DNA of 64,000 bases from Minisyncoccota bacterium (GTDB lineage Bacteria > Patescibacteriota > Minisyncoccia > Phycocordibacterales > PALSA-1337). Shown one piece after another: positions 35,686 to 44,867 of the stretch. The stretch spans positions 18,970 through 82,969 of the forward strand of contig DATDYB010000005.1 in assembly GCA_036517115.1 (NCBI GenBank), read 5' to 3'. The notes under the pieces are model-generated. The model was not told where the DNA came from, did no database searches, and saw only the letters and a list, made by a program, of their open reading frames with translations. Numbering within the stretch: the first letter of the stretch is position 1; the number at the start of each line of letters is the position of its first letter. Made by a program: the position numbers and the translations under genes.

Positions 35686-37545
35686 TTACTTCAAAAAATT
35701 CTCCCGCCATAATTCAAAGACCATAAGGTTCCAGAGTTTTTTACGATTATCGCGCGCTCCGTCCATGTGTTCGCATTTCAATCTCTCTACGAATTCATAC
35801 TCGAAAATGCCCGCTTTTTTTATTCTGTCCTTTGACAACAACTCCTCGCACAATGATCGAAGAGGACCGCGAAGCCACGTTCCCAATGGAATACCGAAAC
35901 CTTTCTTTTTCCTCCACACAATATCATGCGGCAAATATCGCTCCATCAGTTTTTTCAATATATATTTTGTCTTGAGACCTTTTATTTTGTAGTGGTAAGG
36001 CAATGTGTTTACGAATTCCACCACATCTTTGTCCAGAAACGGAGCCCGCACTTCCAAACCAGAAAGCATGCTCGCACGATCGACTTTCGCCAACACTCCA
36101 TCCATCATGTACGTTCGTTGATACAAGAAAAGATTCTTATTCCGGTCGTCGGAAAAATTACTCTTGCTGTAACGCGCAATGTCATCAAAAGTTTTAACTT
36201 CCGGGGGCTCTCGTAACACCAAGAGGTCTTTCTTTTCTTCATCACTAAATGTCTGGAGCCACGCTTGGTGCCGATAGAAGATGTTTTTTTCACGCACCCC
36301 GTCCATGAACTTTTTGAGTTTAAAATCGACGCTGAAATTTGCATGAGACACCGGAAGGCGTCCCACAGCGTAAGCAAGGATGTGAGCGAAGGTGTCTCCA
36401 AAATGAGAGAGAAGACCCCAAAGCTTTTCTGCCTGAAACGTCGGATAGCCGGCGAACAGCTCATCGCCGCCGTCGCCTCCTAAAGCTACCGTGACTTCCC
36501 TCTTGGTCTCCCGCGAAAGCACATAGGTAGGAACGATCGAAGCGTCGGCGAGCGGCTCGTCGAGCCTCGGAAATATTTCGGGTATGGCGGCAAGAAGATC
36601 ACTGGGCGTGACGCGGTAGACATGGTGATCGGTGCCAAGCGAGCGAGCGACTACTTCCGCGTAACGAGATTCATCAAAACTTGCATCGTCGAAGCCGATG
36701 GAGAATGTTGTAAGCGGCACGGACGACCGGCGCGCGGCATAGTAGGCGACGGTGGAGCTGTCAAGCCCGCCGGAGAGGAAAATGCCGAGCGGCACGTCGG
36801 ACATAAGCCGGCGCTCTGTGGCATTCGAGATCAAGGTGTCGAGCTTCTCCATTGCATCGCCAAAGGGAATATCCATCTCCTTACACTCAGGCTTCCAAAA
36901 CGTTTCCTGACGGACGATGCCATTTTTGTAGGCGAGATAGGTGCCCGCTTCGAGCTTGTACACCCCTTTAAAGATCGAATGCGGCGTCGGAACAAAATCA
37001 TAGCTTAGATATTTATACAGAGCCTCCTCATTGAGCGCACGCGTAAACAAAGAGTGTGCCGAAAACGCCTTGGCTTCCGACGCGAAAAGAAGTGTGCCGC
37101 CGAATATCCCCCAGTAGAGAGGCTTCTTGCCCATCGGATCCCGCGCAATAAAAAGCTCTTTTTTCTTAAAGTCATAGAGCGCAATGGCGAACATGCCGGA
37201 AAGTTTATCGAAGCACCGCTCGCCATATTTTTCATACAACCGAAGAATGACTTCAGTATCGGTCCCGCTTTGCCACTGAGAGGCCTTGCCTCTCAGTTCG
37301 TCTTTTAGCTCTTTAAAGTTGTATATTTCACCATTAAATACGATAGCGAGACTCTTATCTTCCATGAACATCGGCTGGGCTCCCTTGTCGCTCGTATCGA
37401 TAATGGAAAGCCTAGCGTGACCCAGGCCGATGCCTTCGTGGTGAAAAGCGCCTTGCTGGTCAGGGCCACGGTGTTTGATCTTCTCGACCATGCCTTCGAG
37501 CTCCCGTCTGTTCCCATATCCCATAAATCCAGTGATGCCACACAT
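35686..37545 (-). CDS. asnB: asparagine synthetase (glutamine-hydrolysing)-family amidotransferase
   Basis: 619 aa. N-terminal MCGITGF (Ntn Cys2), ...SGGLDSS... PP-loop. Full-length AsnB-like. Confidence 0.85.
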   Translation of the reverse strand: MCGITGFMGYGNRRELEGMVEKIKHRGPDQQGAFHHEGIGLGHARLSIIDTSDKGAQPMFMEDKSLAIVFNGEIYNFKELKDELRGKASQWQSGTDTEVILRLYEKYGERCFDKLSGMFAIALYDFKKKELFIARDPMGKKPLYWGIFGGTLLFASEAKAFSAHSLFTRALNEEALYKYLSYDFVPTPHSIFKGVYKLEAGTYLAYKNGIVRQETFWKPECKEMDIPFGDAMEKLDTLISNATERRLMSDVPLGIFLSGGLDSSTVAYYAARRSSVPLTTFSIGFDDASFDESRYAEVVARSLGTDHHVYRVTPSDLLAAIPEIFPRLDEPLADASIVPTYVLSRETKREVTVALGGDGGDELFAGYPTFQAEKLWGLLSHFGDTFAHILAYAVGRLPVSHANFSVDFKLKKFMDGVREKNIFYRHQAWLQTFSDEEKKDLLVLREPPEVKTFDDIARYSKSNFSDDRNKNLFLYQRTYMMDGVLAKVDRASMLSGLEVRAPFLDKDVVEFVNTLPYHYKIKGLKTKYILKKLMERYLPHDIVWRKKKGFGIPLGTWLRGPLRSLCEELLSKDRIKKAGIFEYEFVERLKCEHMDGARDNRKKLWNLMVFELWRENFLK

Positions 37546-37546
37546 A

Positions 37547-39205
37547 TTAGAATGAATAAATTTCTACATACGGACCGGTCATGCGAATATTCAAAAGTGT
37601 TTGGAAGGGCGAATGCATGTTGTTGGCGATGTCGGTCAAGGAACGTACCTTTTCTGTCGGATACAACGAACGGATAAGCTTGGCAGATACAGGCAGTTTC
37701 ATTTTCAACGCTTGCGCTTCTTCCTCGTTCCAGAAAGAGATGACGGCGTATTTGAATGAAAGGCTCTTGTCCGCGATAGCGCCGAGCTTGCCGTCAATGC
37801 GCGCGAAATATCGTGGCTTCCCGAGAAGCTCCTCTGGCAAAGAAACAATAGCCCTTCGTTCGGTCGTGTCCGCGATTACGCTTTTCTCAGCTGCATACGC
37901 CGCGGCTTTTTTATTCTCCGGAATATCAATATAAAAATTATTGGTAATAAGAGAGGTATCGGCGGGAAGCGTATTCATCACTAAGCTCCGCGCCGATAAA
38001 AGCGTGTTCGGTAGGATGATGGCCCTTGTCCACGCAAGCGGTAAAAGAAGTATGAACAAAACAAGTGTCGAATAGAGGGTGCGCCGAATATACTGGTTCT
38101 GTACCATATCAAAAACAGCGACGATGAAAAACGCCGTGGGAATGACGAGAAACGGCATGGTCGAAACGATGAAGCGTGGTTCCGAATGAACGGCATAGGC
38201 GATGCTTAGGATGTGAACGGCAATATACGCGAACAATCCCAGGGCAATTTCCTTTTTTCTTTTGTACAAATACACAAACGCCGGAATAGAGAGAACGGCC
38301 AAAAGCGTATCGTAGGTGGAAAATATCCAGGCGTAATATTTCAGATTATATAAAAACCCTTCGACTGCTCCCGCCGCTCGTTCGACCGATGGTTGGGTGA
38401 GATAGACGAGCACCCCGGCCGGATGGAGAATGTAGTACACAAGGAGGACGAGGACGAGCGAGACTGTTGTCGCCGTGAAATACTGAAGATGCCTTTTCAA
38501 TTGACCGTGTTCCTTAAAGCGGCGGATCTTTGAAAGAAAGAATACAACAAAGACGGCGTACACGAAGCCGCCGACCAAATGAACACCGTAGGTCAAAAAG
38601 GAAGTGAGGGCAACCCACGCGTAGTCTCGCCGTTTCGGATCCTCTTTTTCATTCCATGAGAGATACGCCATGAGGGCGATGAGGAGCAGGGCAATCTGAA
38701 GCGACCACGCACGGCCAAAATGCGTCACCTGAAAAAACATCAAGTTGAACGACAAGAGAAATGACGCGAGAAGCGCGGCCTTCTCACTCCCCCCTATTTT
38801 CTTCATAACACGGTAGATAAGGAAGCCTGCGAGTGTCGCGAAAAGCGCCGCAATGAGACGAGCGAATGGAAGCAATATGCCGTAGTCGAGCATGACGAAA
38901 TTTTTAAGGGATTCGATGTCGGGGAATATGCCGCTTCCCAAAAGAAACAGGACGAGAATGAGATAAAAAGGAATCTGAAGATAGACCGTCATCGGCAAAT
39001 GATAGAAGGAAGCGTAGTCCGGCCGGAGGGTATGGTCATCGAACATCTTAAAGATTGTGCTCATGATCGTCACCTCGTCGCCCACGTTATTCTTCATGGG
39101 AATGCCGTAAAAAAGTCCGGGAACATGCAGTAAAAAAGCAGCGATGAGAATAATCGCGAGCACCCACTGTGGAGAAGAAAGTTTTAACGCTTGTATGCGG
39201 AACAT
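37547..39205 (-). CDS. PMT/ArnT-like membrane glycosyltransferase (GT39/GT83 family)
   Basis: 552 aa, polytopic. N-terminal ...LHVPGLFYGIPMKNNVGDEVTIMSTI... Confidence 0.65.
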   Translation of the reverse strand: MFRIQALKLSSPQWVLAIILIAAFLLHVPGLFYGIPMKNNVGDEVTIMSTIFKMFDDHTLRPDYASFYHLPMTVYLQIPFYLILVLFLLGSGIFPDIESLKNFVMLDYGILLPFARLIAALFATLAGFLIYRVMKKIGGSEKAALLASFLLSFNLMFFQVTHFGRAWSLQIALLLIALMAYLSWNEKEDPKRRDYAWVALTSFLTYGVHLVGGFVYAVFVVFFLSKIRRFKEHGQLKRHLQYFTATTVSLVLVLLVYYILHPAGVLVYLTQPSVERAAGAVEGFLYNLKYYAWIFSTYDTLLAVLSIPAFVYLYKRKKEIALGLFAYIAVHILSIAYAVHSEPRFIVSTMPFLVIPTAFFIVAVFDMVQNQYIRRTLYSTLVLFILLLPLAWTRAIILPNTLLSARSLVMNTLPADTSLITNNFYIDIPENKKAAAYAAEKSVIADTTERRAIVSLPEELLGKPRYFARIDGKLGAIADKSLSFKYAVISFWNEEEAQALKMKLPVSAKLIRSLYPTEKVRSLTDIANNMHSPFQTLLNIRMTGPYVEIYSF

Positions 39206-39208
39206 ACT

Positions 39209-40150
39209 TTAAAAATTAATCTTTTTCCCGATGGCATAGGTCTCCTTACCAGACGCTTCCCGCGACACACGGATGAAAAACTCGGCAAGAATGCCCATAA
39301 GGATGAAGTTGATTCCCACGATGAAAAAGAGGGCGGTGAAAATCGGCAAGGGCGTCGATATGAAATCCTTGAGGCCGGCGAGCTTGTAGTAGATTGCCAA
39401 GAGAGCGCACACTCCGGAAATAAAAAAAGAGAGAAAGCCGAATCCGCCGAAAAAATGCGACGGCCGATCCTGGTATTTAAATAAGAATTTAATAACAAGG
39501 AGATCCAACAACACTCTCCCTATCCTCGACATGCCGTACTTTGAAACACCGTGAACGCGAGGACGGTCACTGACCGCGATCTCCCCGACCCTGCCTCCCT
39601 GCCAGGCGGCATACGCCGGAATAAACCGATGCATCTCGCCATAGAGCTTCACTGGCTTCAAGTATTCTTTTTTATAGGCTTTGAGGGTGCAACCGTAGTC
39701 ATGGAGCTTTACGCCCGTCACGAGAGAGATGAGCGCGTTTGCCATGCGTGAAGGCAGCTTTCTTCTGAACAGTTCTTTTTTCCAGCGGTCCTTCCTCCAT
39801 CCGGAAACTACATCGTACCCTTCGTTCATTTTTTCCAAAAGACGCGGAATGTCTTTAGGCGAATTTTGCAAATCGGAATCCATCATGACAATAATATCCC
39901 CCTCGGCGAAGGCGATACCGGCGGCGATGGCCGCGGTTTGTCCGCAATTTTTCTGGAAACTGAGTATCCTAAAATTTTTGTTCCCGCGTAGGGCGACCTC
40001 GAGCGCGGGAAGACTCGCGTCCTTTGACCCGTCATCGACGAAAATGACTTCGGATGAGGAAGTTGTGGTACAAAACTCGTTTAATTCACCCGCTAAAATG
40101 GGGATATTCTTCTCTTCGTTGTATACGGGGATGACGATTGACAGCTTCAT
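39209..40150 (-). CDS. GT2 polyprenyl-phosphate glycosyltransferase (ArnC/GtrB-like) with C-terminal TM helices
   Basis: MKLSIVIPVYNEEKNIP...VIFVDDGSKD...IIVMMDSDLQNSPKDIPRLL. The ORF track start at 40213 adds 21 aa; the Met of MKLSIV (about 40150) is the likelier start. Confidence 0.8.
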   Translation of the reverse strand: MKLSIVIPVYNEEKNIPILAGELNEFCTTTSSSEVIFVDDGSKDASLPALEVALRGNKNFRILSFQKNCGQTAAIAAGIAFAEGDIIVMMDSDLQNSPKDIPRLLEKMNEGYDVVSGWRKDRWKKELFRRKLPSRMANALISLVTGVKLHDYGCTLKAYKKEYLKPVKLYGEMHRFIPAYAAWQGGRVGEIAVSDRPRVHGVSKYGMSRIGRVLLDLLVIKFLFKYQDRPSHFFGGFGFLSFFISGVCALLAIYYKLAGLKDFISTPLPIFTALFFIVGINFILMGILAEFFIRVSREASGKETYAIGKKINF

Positions 40151-40231
40151 TGCCTTGTACTCTACCACATCGGAACAACTTTTTGAATGAAACTTAGGTA
40201 TATATCCCACCATCAGGTAAAAAGATCCATA

Positions 40232-40374
40232 AACAACCCTCGAAGAAGCCCTCGGGTATTCCTAAAAAGTGGCCGGATAATTTTTCTGGTGAAAAATTTC
40301 CTAGGACTCCGCGCCGCCGCGCTGCGTAGCCACATTTTTAGAAACACCTTCGGGCTTTGTTCTTCGAGGGTTGT
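40232..40374. repeat. intergenic palindromic element D (family 2): imperfect long inverted repeat AACAACCCTCGAAGAA.../...TTCTTCGAGGGTTGTT enclosing A5-GTGGC-[CCGGATAATTTTTCTGGTGAAAAATTTCCTAGGACTCCG-GCGC-CGCC-GCGC-TGCGTAG]-CCAC-T5
   Basis: Read directly. A 39-nt core is identical to element E (61957-62055). The second small hairpin shows stem covariation (GCGC/GCGC here, GGCT/AGCC in E) with the loop CGCC conserved. Confidence 0.6.
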
Positions 40375-40415
40375 TCCTTGCGCTTTACTGCGAGTTCTTT
40401 TTGGGCCGGCGAAGC

Positions 40416-41138
40416 TTATGAATGCATCCTCTTTCTCATCTTCCAGATGTTTTTAAGTTGGCGGATGATTTCGACAAGAGGTGAGACTTTGCTCGCGCGA
40501 AGCTCGTCCCGAACTTCGCGCCAGGTTACGGGTACTTCGAGCACGCGGTATCCTTTTCTGCAAGCGAGAATCATGAGCTCAGTATCCCAGAACCATCCCG
40601 CGTCCTGAGTCTCCGGAATGAGCTCATGAACAATCTTTCTACTGAATGCCTTAAAGCCGCATTGAGCGTCCTTGAAATTCACTCGAAGCACAATTTGGAG
40701 CAAAATATTATAGATCTTTGAAAGTAGTTTACGTTTAAAGCTTCTTTTGGCGTCGGCATATGGCACATACCGTGATCCCGTCACCAGGTCATACCCCTCG
40801 TCGATTTTTGAAACAATGAACGGAAAATCTTTGAGATCGGTAGCAAGGTCGGCATCCATATAGGAGTATATATCGTAGTCCGGTTTTCTCGCCCACGCCT
40901 TTCTGATGGCTATCCCCCGTCCTGCGTCCGACACCCGATCAGTGACAATAGAAGGATATTTTTTCTTTAAATCCTCGGCAATGGAAAACGTCCGGTCACT
41001 CGAGTTGTTATCGAGGATAAGTATCGTCCACGCGTAGCCGGAGAGGTGCGCCTTGGCATGCTCGAGCACCGCAAAAACGCTTTTTTCGAGCACAATTTCC
41101 TCGTTATAGCATGGAATGGTGATGAGAAGTTTTTTCAT
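40416..41138 (-). CDS. GT2-family glycosyltransferase
   Basis: MKKLLITIPCYNEE...ILILDNNSSDRT...YSYMDADLATDL. The ORF track start at 41234 overlaps the upstream gene; the internal Met at about 41138 is the likelier start. Confidence 0.75.
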   Translation of the reverse strand: MKKLLITIPCYNEEIVLEKSVFAVLEHAKAHLSGYAWTILILDNNSSDRTFSIAEDLKKKYPSIVTDRVSDAGRGIAIRKAWARKPDYDIYSYMDADLATDLKDFPFIVSKIDEGYDLVTGSRYVPYADAKRSFKRKLLSKIYNILLQIVLRVNFKDAQCGFKAFSRKIVHELIPETQDAGWFWDTELMILACRKGYRVLEVPVTWREVRDELRASKVSPLVEIIRQLKNIWKMRKRMHS

Positions 41139-42205
41139 GGTTGCATCATGATAGAGGTAATTTTTTCCGCGAATCGCTCCACGCCGTGACAGCGCACCAC
41201 GATCTCGCGCATGTCTTGCCGCAGCGCCGACCACTCCGAGGGCGGCAGGGCATAAAGGGTCAGTATGGCGCGGGAGAGTCCCTCGTAATCCCCTTTTTCA
41301 AAAAAGAGGAGTGGCAAGTATTTTCCAAGCACTGCTTTGTACGCTTCGTTGCACGTCACAACCGGCATAGCGGCTGCCATGGCTTCAAGCCCCGCCTTGT
41401 CGAGACTTCCAGTCAGGCTGGTGTTGATAAACATGTCGCTTGCGTGAAGGTACGGGAGCATGTTCCTGTATTCTACTTTGCCGTGCATGGTTACCACTCC
41501 CTCAAGGCCAAGTGAAGTAATCATCGTCTTGAGACTTCGCTCGTATGCAACTTGCTCAGGCACTCCAGCCGCTCCAACAATCGAGAGTGAGAGCGGCATG
41601 GCATTTTTGATACGTGAGGCCGCCTTTAAAAGCGTAGGGTGGTCTTTGACCGGAGAAAGTCTGCCGACCATGATAAGACGGCTTCGCGAAGCACTGGTGA
41701 CCTCTCTCGGCCTGAAATAATCGGTATCAATGCCCTGCCCCACCACTCGAATTTTTCCACTACGAAGACGGCAACCGCTCGCAGTCGACGTGAAGATACT
41801 TCGGGAGAATAGCGCGGCAATCCGAAGGGTAAACGGGGTATGCCCGTGGGCGTACCACAAAAATACTTTCTTACCCATAAGCATCCAGAAAGGCGCTCCG
41901 AGGAGAACATACATCTGGTTCATATGCACGAAGACCGCGTCGTAGCTATTCCTTTTTCGTACGATATGTCGCAAGAATCTCCACGTATATTTGATTCTTT
42001 TCGTAATTCGTAATTCAAAATTCACCGCTCGTTCTTTCCCTAATGAATGTACCTGTACATTTTCTGGCAATTGATGCTCCCCCTCATACAGGCAAATAAC
42101 CTCCACCCTTTCAACTTTTTTTGAAAACTCTTCCACCCAGCGGTGCACAAAGCCGAGCACGTCGTCATGCATATCCATTTTCTGAGTGATGAATAGGAGT
42201 TTCAT
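41135..42205 (-). CDS. glycosyltransferase family 4
   Basis: MKLLFITQKMDMHDDVLGFVHRW... N-terminal domain and C-terminal ...GLEAMAAAMPVVTCN... The track start 42256 is probably a 17-aa over-extension. Confidence 0.75.
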   Translation of the reverse strand: MKLLFITQKMDMHDDVLGFVHRWVEEFSKKVERVEVICLYEGEHQLPENVQVHSLGKERAVNFELRITKRIKYTWRFLRHIVRKRNSYDAVFVHMNQMYVLLGAPFWMLMGKKVFLWYAHGHTPFTLRIAALFSRSIFTSTASGCRLRSGKIRVVGQGIDTDYFRPREVTSASRSRLIMVGRLSPVKDHPTLLKAASRIKNAMPLSLSIVGAAGVPEQVAYERSLKTMITSLGLEGVVTMHGKVEYRNMLPYLHASDMFINTSLTGSLDKAGLEAMAAAMPVVTCNEAYKAVLGKYLPLLFFEKGDYEGLSRAILTLYALPPSEWSALRQDMREIVVRCHGVERFAEKITSIMMQP

Positions 42206-42206
42206 G

Positions 42207-42662
42207 TTACGCGCGAAAAATGATTTTTTTGTAGACAAAATAACTACCCACGGCAATCGACAAGCCGATAATTATTTGGGATAAAATATACCAGATGCCG
42301 AATCTGTCCACCAGTACGTACATGAGCGCGGTGTTGAGGGCGAGATTGACGAGCGCCACTAAAAAATATTTTCCGACCTGGATATGCATGTCCGTCGTCC
42401 TATCGTCCCTGAATGTCCAAAATTTTTGAAGCGTAAAACTGATGCAAAAAGCAAATACGAACGCGATGATTGCCGAGGTGATGTACCAGATGTCAAGAAC
42501 GTCGGTAAAGACGTACAAGAACCCCACGTCGACAACAGCCGCCGTGCCGCCGGCGATAACGTATTTGATCTTCCGTCGGTGGGTAAAAGCGTGACCGTAG
42601 AAAAAAGGAAACGCCCGTTCAACGGAGCGGAGAAACCGATAGTAGGCTCTTTTGATGCTCAT
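42207..42662 (-). CDS. GtrA-family small membrane protein (polysaccharide synthesis / flippase-associated)
   Basis: ~150 aa with 4 TM. ...KYVIAGGTAAVVDVGFLYVFTDVL... and ...FTLQKFWTFRD... are typical of GtrA-like proteins. Confidence 0.6.
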   Translation of the reverse strand: MSIKRAYYRFLRSVERAFPFFYGHAFTHRRKIKYVIAGGTAAVVDVGFLYVFTDVLDIWYITSAIIAFVFAFCISFTLQKFWTFRDDRTTDMHIQVGKYFLVALVNLALNTALMYVLVDRFGIWYILSQIIIGLSIAVGSYFVYKKIIFRA

Positions 42663-42672
42663 AATGCGACTA

Positions 42673-43845
42673 TTATACCCCATTACCTTTAAGCGCTTCC
42701 CGCCATGACTCTTGGTAGCGGAGCGTGTATGCTTCTTTGGAAATCACGTGCGACCGCGCGGCGCGGTATGCAGCAACGGCGAACGTTTCTCTTTTCTCTT
42801 TGTTTGCGACAAGCTCGAGCAGTGCGCCGACCAGACACTTCGAATCGTTGACACCGCATACGAAGGCGCTCTCGGCGTCAACGAATACCTCTCCCGCGAT
42901 GCCGACATCGGTCGTCACGATGGCGGACCCCGAGAGGGCCGCTTCAACGAGTGACATGCCATATCCTTCGTACGACGAAGTGGAGAGAACGATGTCGGCC
43001 GACGCATAATACGAAGCGAGATTTTCCTGCCAACCTTCAAAGCGAACGGAGTTAGTAAGTCGCAGATTGTGCGTCATGCGCTCTAAAGCGGCAAGCTCCG
43101 AGCCGGAACCGACGATGACAAGACCGGTTTTGGGGAACTTGTTTACAACCGCTGCAAATGCCTGCAAAGCTGTCGCAATATCCTTTTCCGGTTCGAGGCG
43201 CGATGCCATAAGTATGATCGTTTCGAATTCTGGATATTTTTTGCAGAGATCAAAGGACGGCACCTCATTTTCTATTTTTTCTGCATCCACCAAAATCGGA
43301 AGAACAGTAATTTTCTTATCATGAATCTTAAACCATACGTCGTGAATCAACGCACGTTTGATTCGCTCCGATACGACGCGAACGGCATCGGCGCTACGGA
43401 GTACGCGACCGGCGATCATCACCCGCATCATGTTCAACACCGAGTGTTTAACAAAATATGGGCTTAAAAAATCAGTGTGTATTTGAACATGGAGCCGCAC
43501 CTTCCCCGTTTTTTTAAGCGCGCTCCCGACCATGCCGGACTCAAAGGGATCCTGGACCGTGACTAGAGAGTCTCTCTGGTTGAGATTCCTCTCCTTGATT
43601 ATTCTCTTGCCGACGCGAATAGCATCGAAAATGTAGTGCCATCTGTTTCTCGAGTTGGTGGGATAGAGCCAAACATTCTCGGCAATCTTCTCTTCCTTGA
43701 AGGCAGGATCATCAGTCGTGCGCCCCGTATTAAAAACCACAATATGAAGCTCATTTACCAGAGTGCCATAGAGGCGGGTACGCGCTCGTACCGCACTCCC
43801 CTCCTTAAAAATATTTCTGTCGGATCCGATGCTTATTACGTTCAT
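42673..43845 (-). CDS. glycosyltransferase family 4
   Basis: ...LVIVGSGSELAALERMTHNLRLTNSVRFEGW...SSYEGYGMSLVEAALSGSAIVTTDVG... The track start 43890 overlaps the upstream gene; the Met at about 43845 fits. Confidence 0.8.
   Translation of the reverse strand: MNVISIGSDRNIFKEGSAVRARTRLYGTLVNELHIVVFNTGRTTDDPAFKEEKIAENVWLYPTNSRNRWHYIFDAIRVGKRIIKERNLNQRDSLVTVQDPFESGMVGSALKKTGKVRLHVQIHTDFLSPYFVKHSVLNMMRVMIAGRVLRSADAVRVVSERIKRALIHDVWFKIHDKKITVLPILVDAEKIENEVPSFDLCKKYPEFETIILMASRLEPEKDIATALQAFAAVVNKFPKTGLVIVGSGSELAALERMTHNLRLTNSVRFEGWQENLASYYASADIVLSTSSYEGYGMSLVEAALSGSAIVTTDVGIAGEVFVDAESAFVCGVNDSKCLVGALLELVANKEKRETFAVAAYRAARSHVISKEAYTLRYQESWREALKGNGV
43428..43458. promoter_or_regulatory. copy 3 of the AACACCGAGTGTT palindrome motif (ATCATGTTCAACACCGAGTGTTTAACAAAAT), located inside the GT4 coding sequence (encodes ..VKHSVLNMM..)
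   Basis: Read directly. A 23/25-nt match to the intergenic copies is unlikely by chance. Confidence 0.4.
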
Positions 43846-44858
43846 ATTTTTTTGGAAAGATTTATATACTCCTCCGCCATATCGCCCCATGAATGTCTGT
43901 ACGCGAACGTTTCAATATTCTTCACATATTCCCTGTACTCTGCATCATCCACGAGTCGTAGGATTGCTTTGGTAATTGCTTCCTTGTCGAGTGGATCGAC
44001 GAAGATACCAAGATTCTTTACCGTTTCGTATAAGCCGGTGTCCTTGGTGAGGATGAACGGCTTACCCCGCTGTATCGCCTCAAGGATAAGGTTGGGGCAG
44101 ACTTCAGAGAGCGAAGGCAGGATGATCGCATAGGAACTTTTTATTTTTTCCATGAATTTCTCATGCGGCAACTTTTCCGTATCAAGCTCGATCTCAGGGC
44201 GGATTTTTTTCGCTTCCGCAAAAGCTTCCCGAAGCGTTATTTCATTTTTGATAACGATCGAGCGTGTTGAAAAAATGAAGTTCTTCTTCGACGGTGCTTC
44301 CCCGCCAAGCTTCATTCCAACGTAATTTGGAATGATCTGCGTCCGTGTCGGACTAATGGCATAGGGAGTACTCATGATGTTTTTCTGCCATTCGGTCGTA
44401 AAAGCAAGTGCGTTAGTATTTCGGAGCGCGATGCCCATAAGCATTTTGATTATTTTCTCCTTTACGTTCAGTCTGACGCTTTTATCGCCATAAAATCGCG
44501 AGAGTGGGATCATGTGCTTGCTTCGCTCGACATATGATTCCCACAGAAAATCTCCGCCTATCCGCATGATAACTTTCTTTCCGAACAGTTTGGCGGCAAG
44601 GAGTGCCGGAAGCCCCACACTCCACGTATCAAGAGCCAGAATGAACGTGGTGCCCGGTAAACTAAAAACCGTACGGAAAAAATAATAAAGATGGCGTATT
44701 CCTATAGGCAACTTTTTCTCCAGTCTGTAAGAAAGCACGTTTACCTCATATCCCAACGCTCTAAACTCCCTCTCTAAGTTGAAGGCGTATTCCGCCGGCC
44801 CGCCAATATCCGGAGGATAAATACCAGTGGCGATGAGGATTTTCATTGACTTTTCCAT
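43842..44858 (-). CDS. glycosyltransferase family 4
   Basis: 338 aa. MKILIATGIYPPDIGGPAEYAFNLEREFRALGYEV... Confidence 0.75.
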   Translation of the reverse strand: MEKSMKILIATGIYPPDIGGPAEYAFNLEREFRALGYEVNVLSYRLEKKLPIGIRHLYYFFRTVFSLPGTTFILALDTWSVGLPALLAAKLFGKKVIMRIGGDFLWESYVERSKHMIPLSRFYGDKSVRLNVKEKIIKMLMGIALRNTNALAFTTEWQKNIMSTPYAISPTRTQIIPNYVGMKLGGEAPSKKNFIFSTRSIVIKNEITLREAFAEAKKIRPEIELDTEKLPHEKFMEKIKSSYAIILPSLSEVCPNLILEAIQRGKPFILTKDTGLYETVKNLGIFVDPLDKEAITKAILRLVDDAEYREYVKNIETFAYRHSWGDMAEEYINLSKKI

Positions 44859-44867
44859 TGAAACACA

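Noticed and set aside
39184-39498. 104-aa minus ORF at the 5' side of the GT2 gene 39209-40150.
   Set aside because: It overlaps the GT2 coding region out of frame and is Ser/Pro-rich low complexity.
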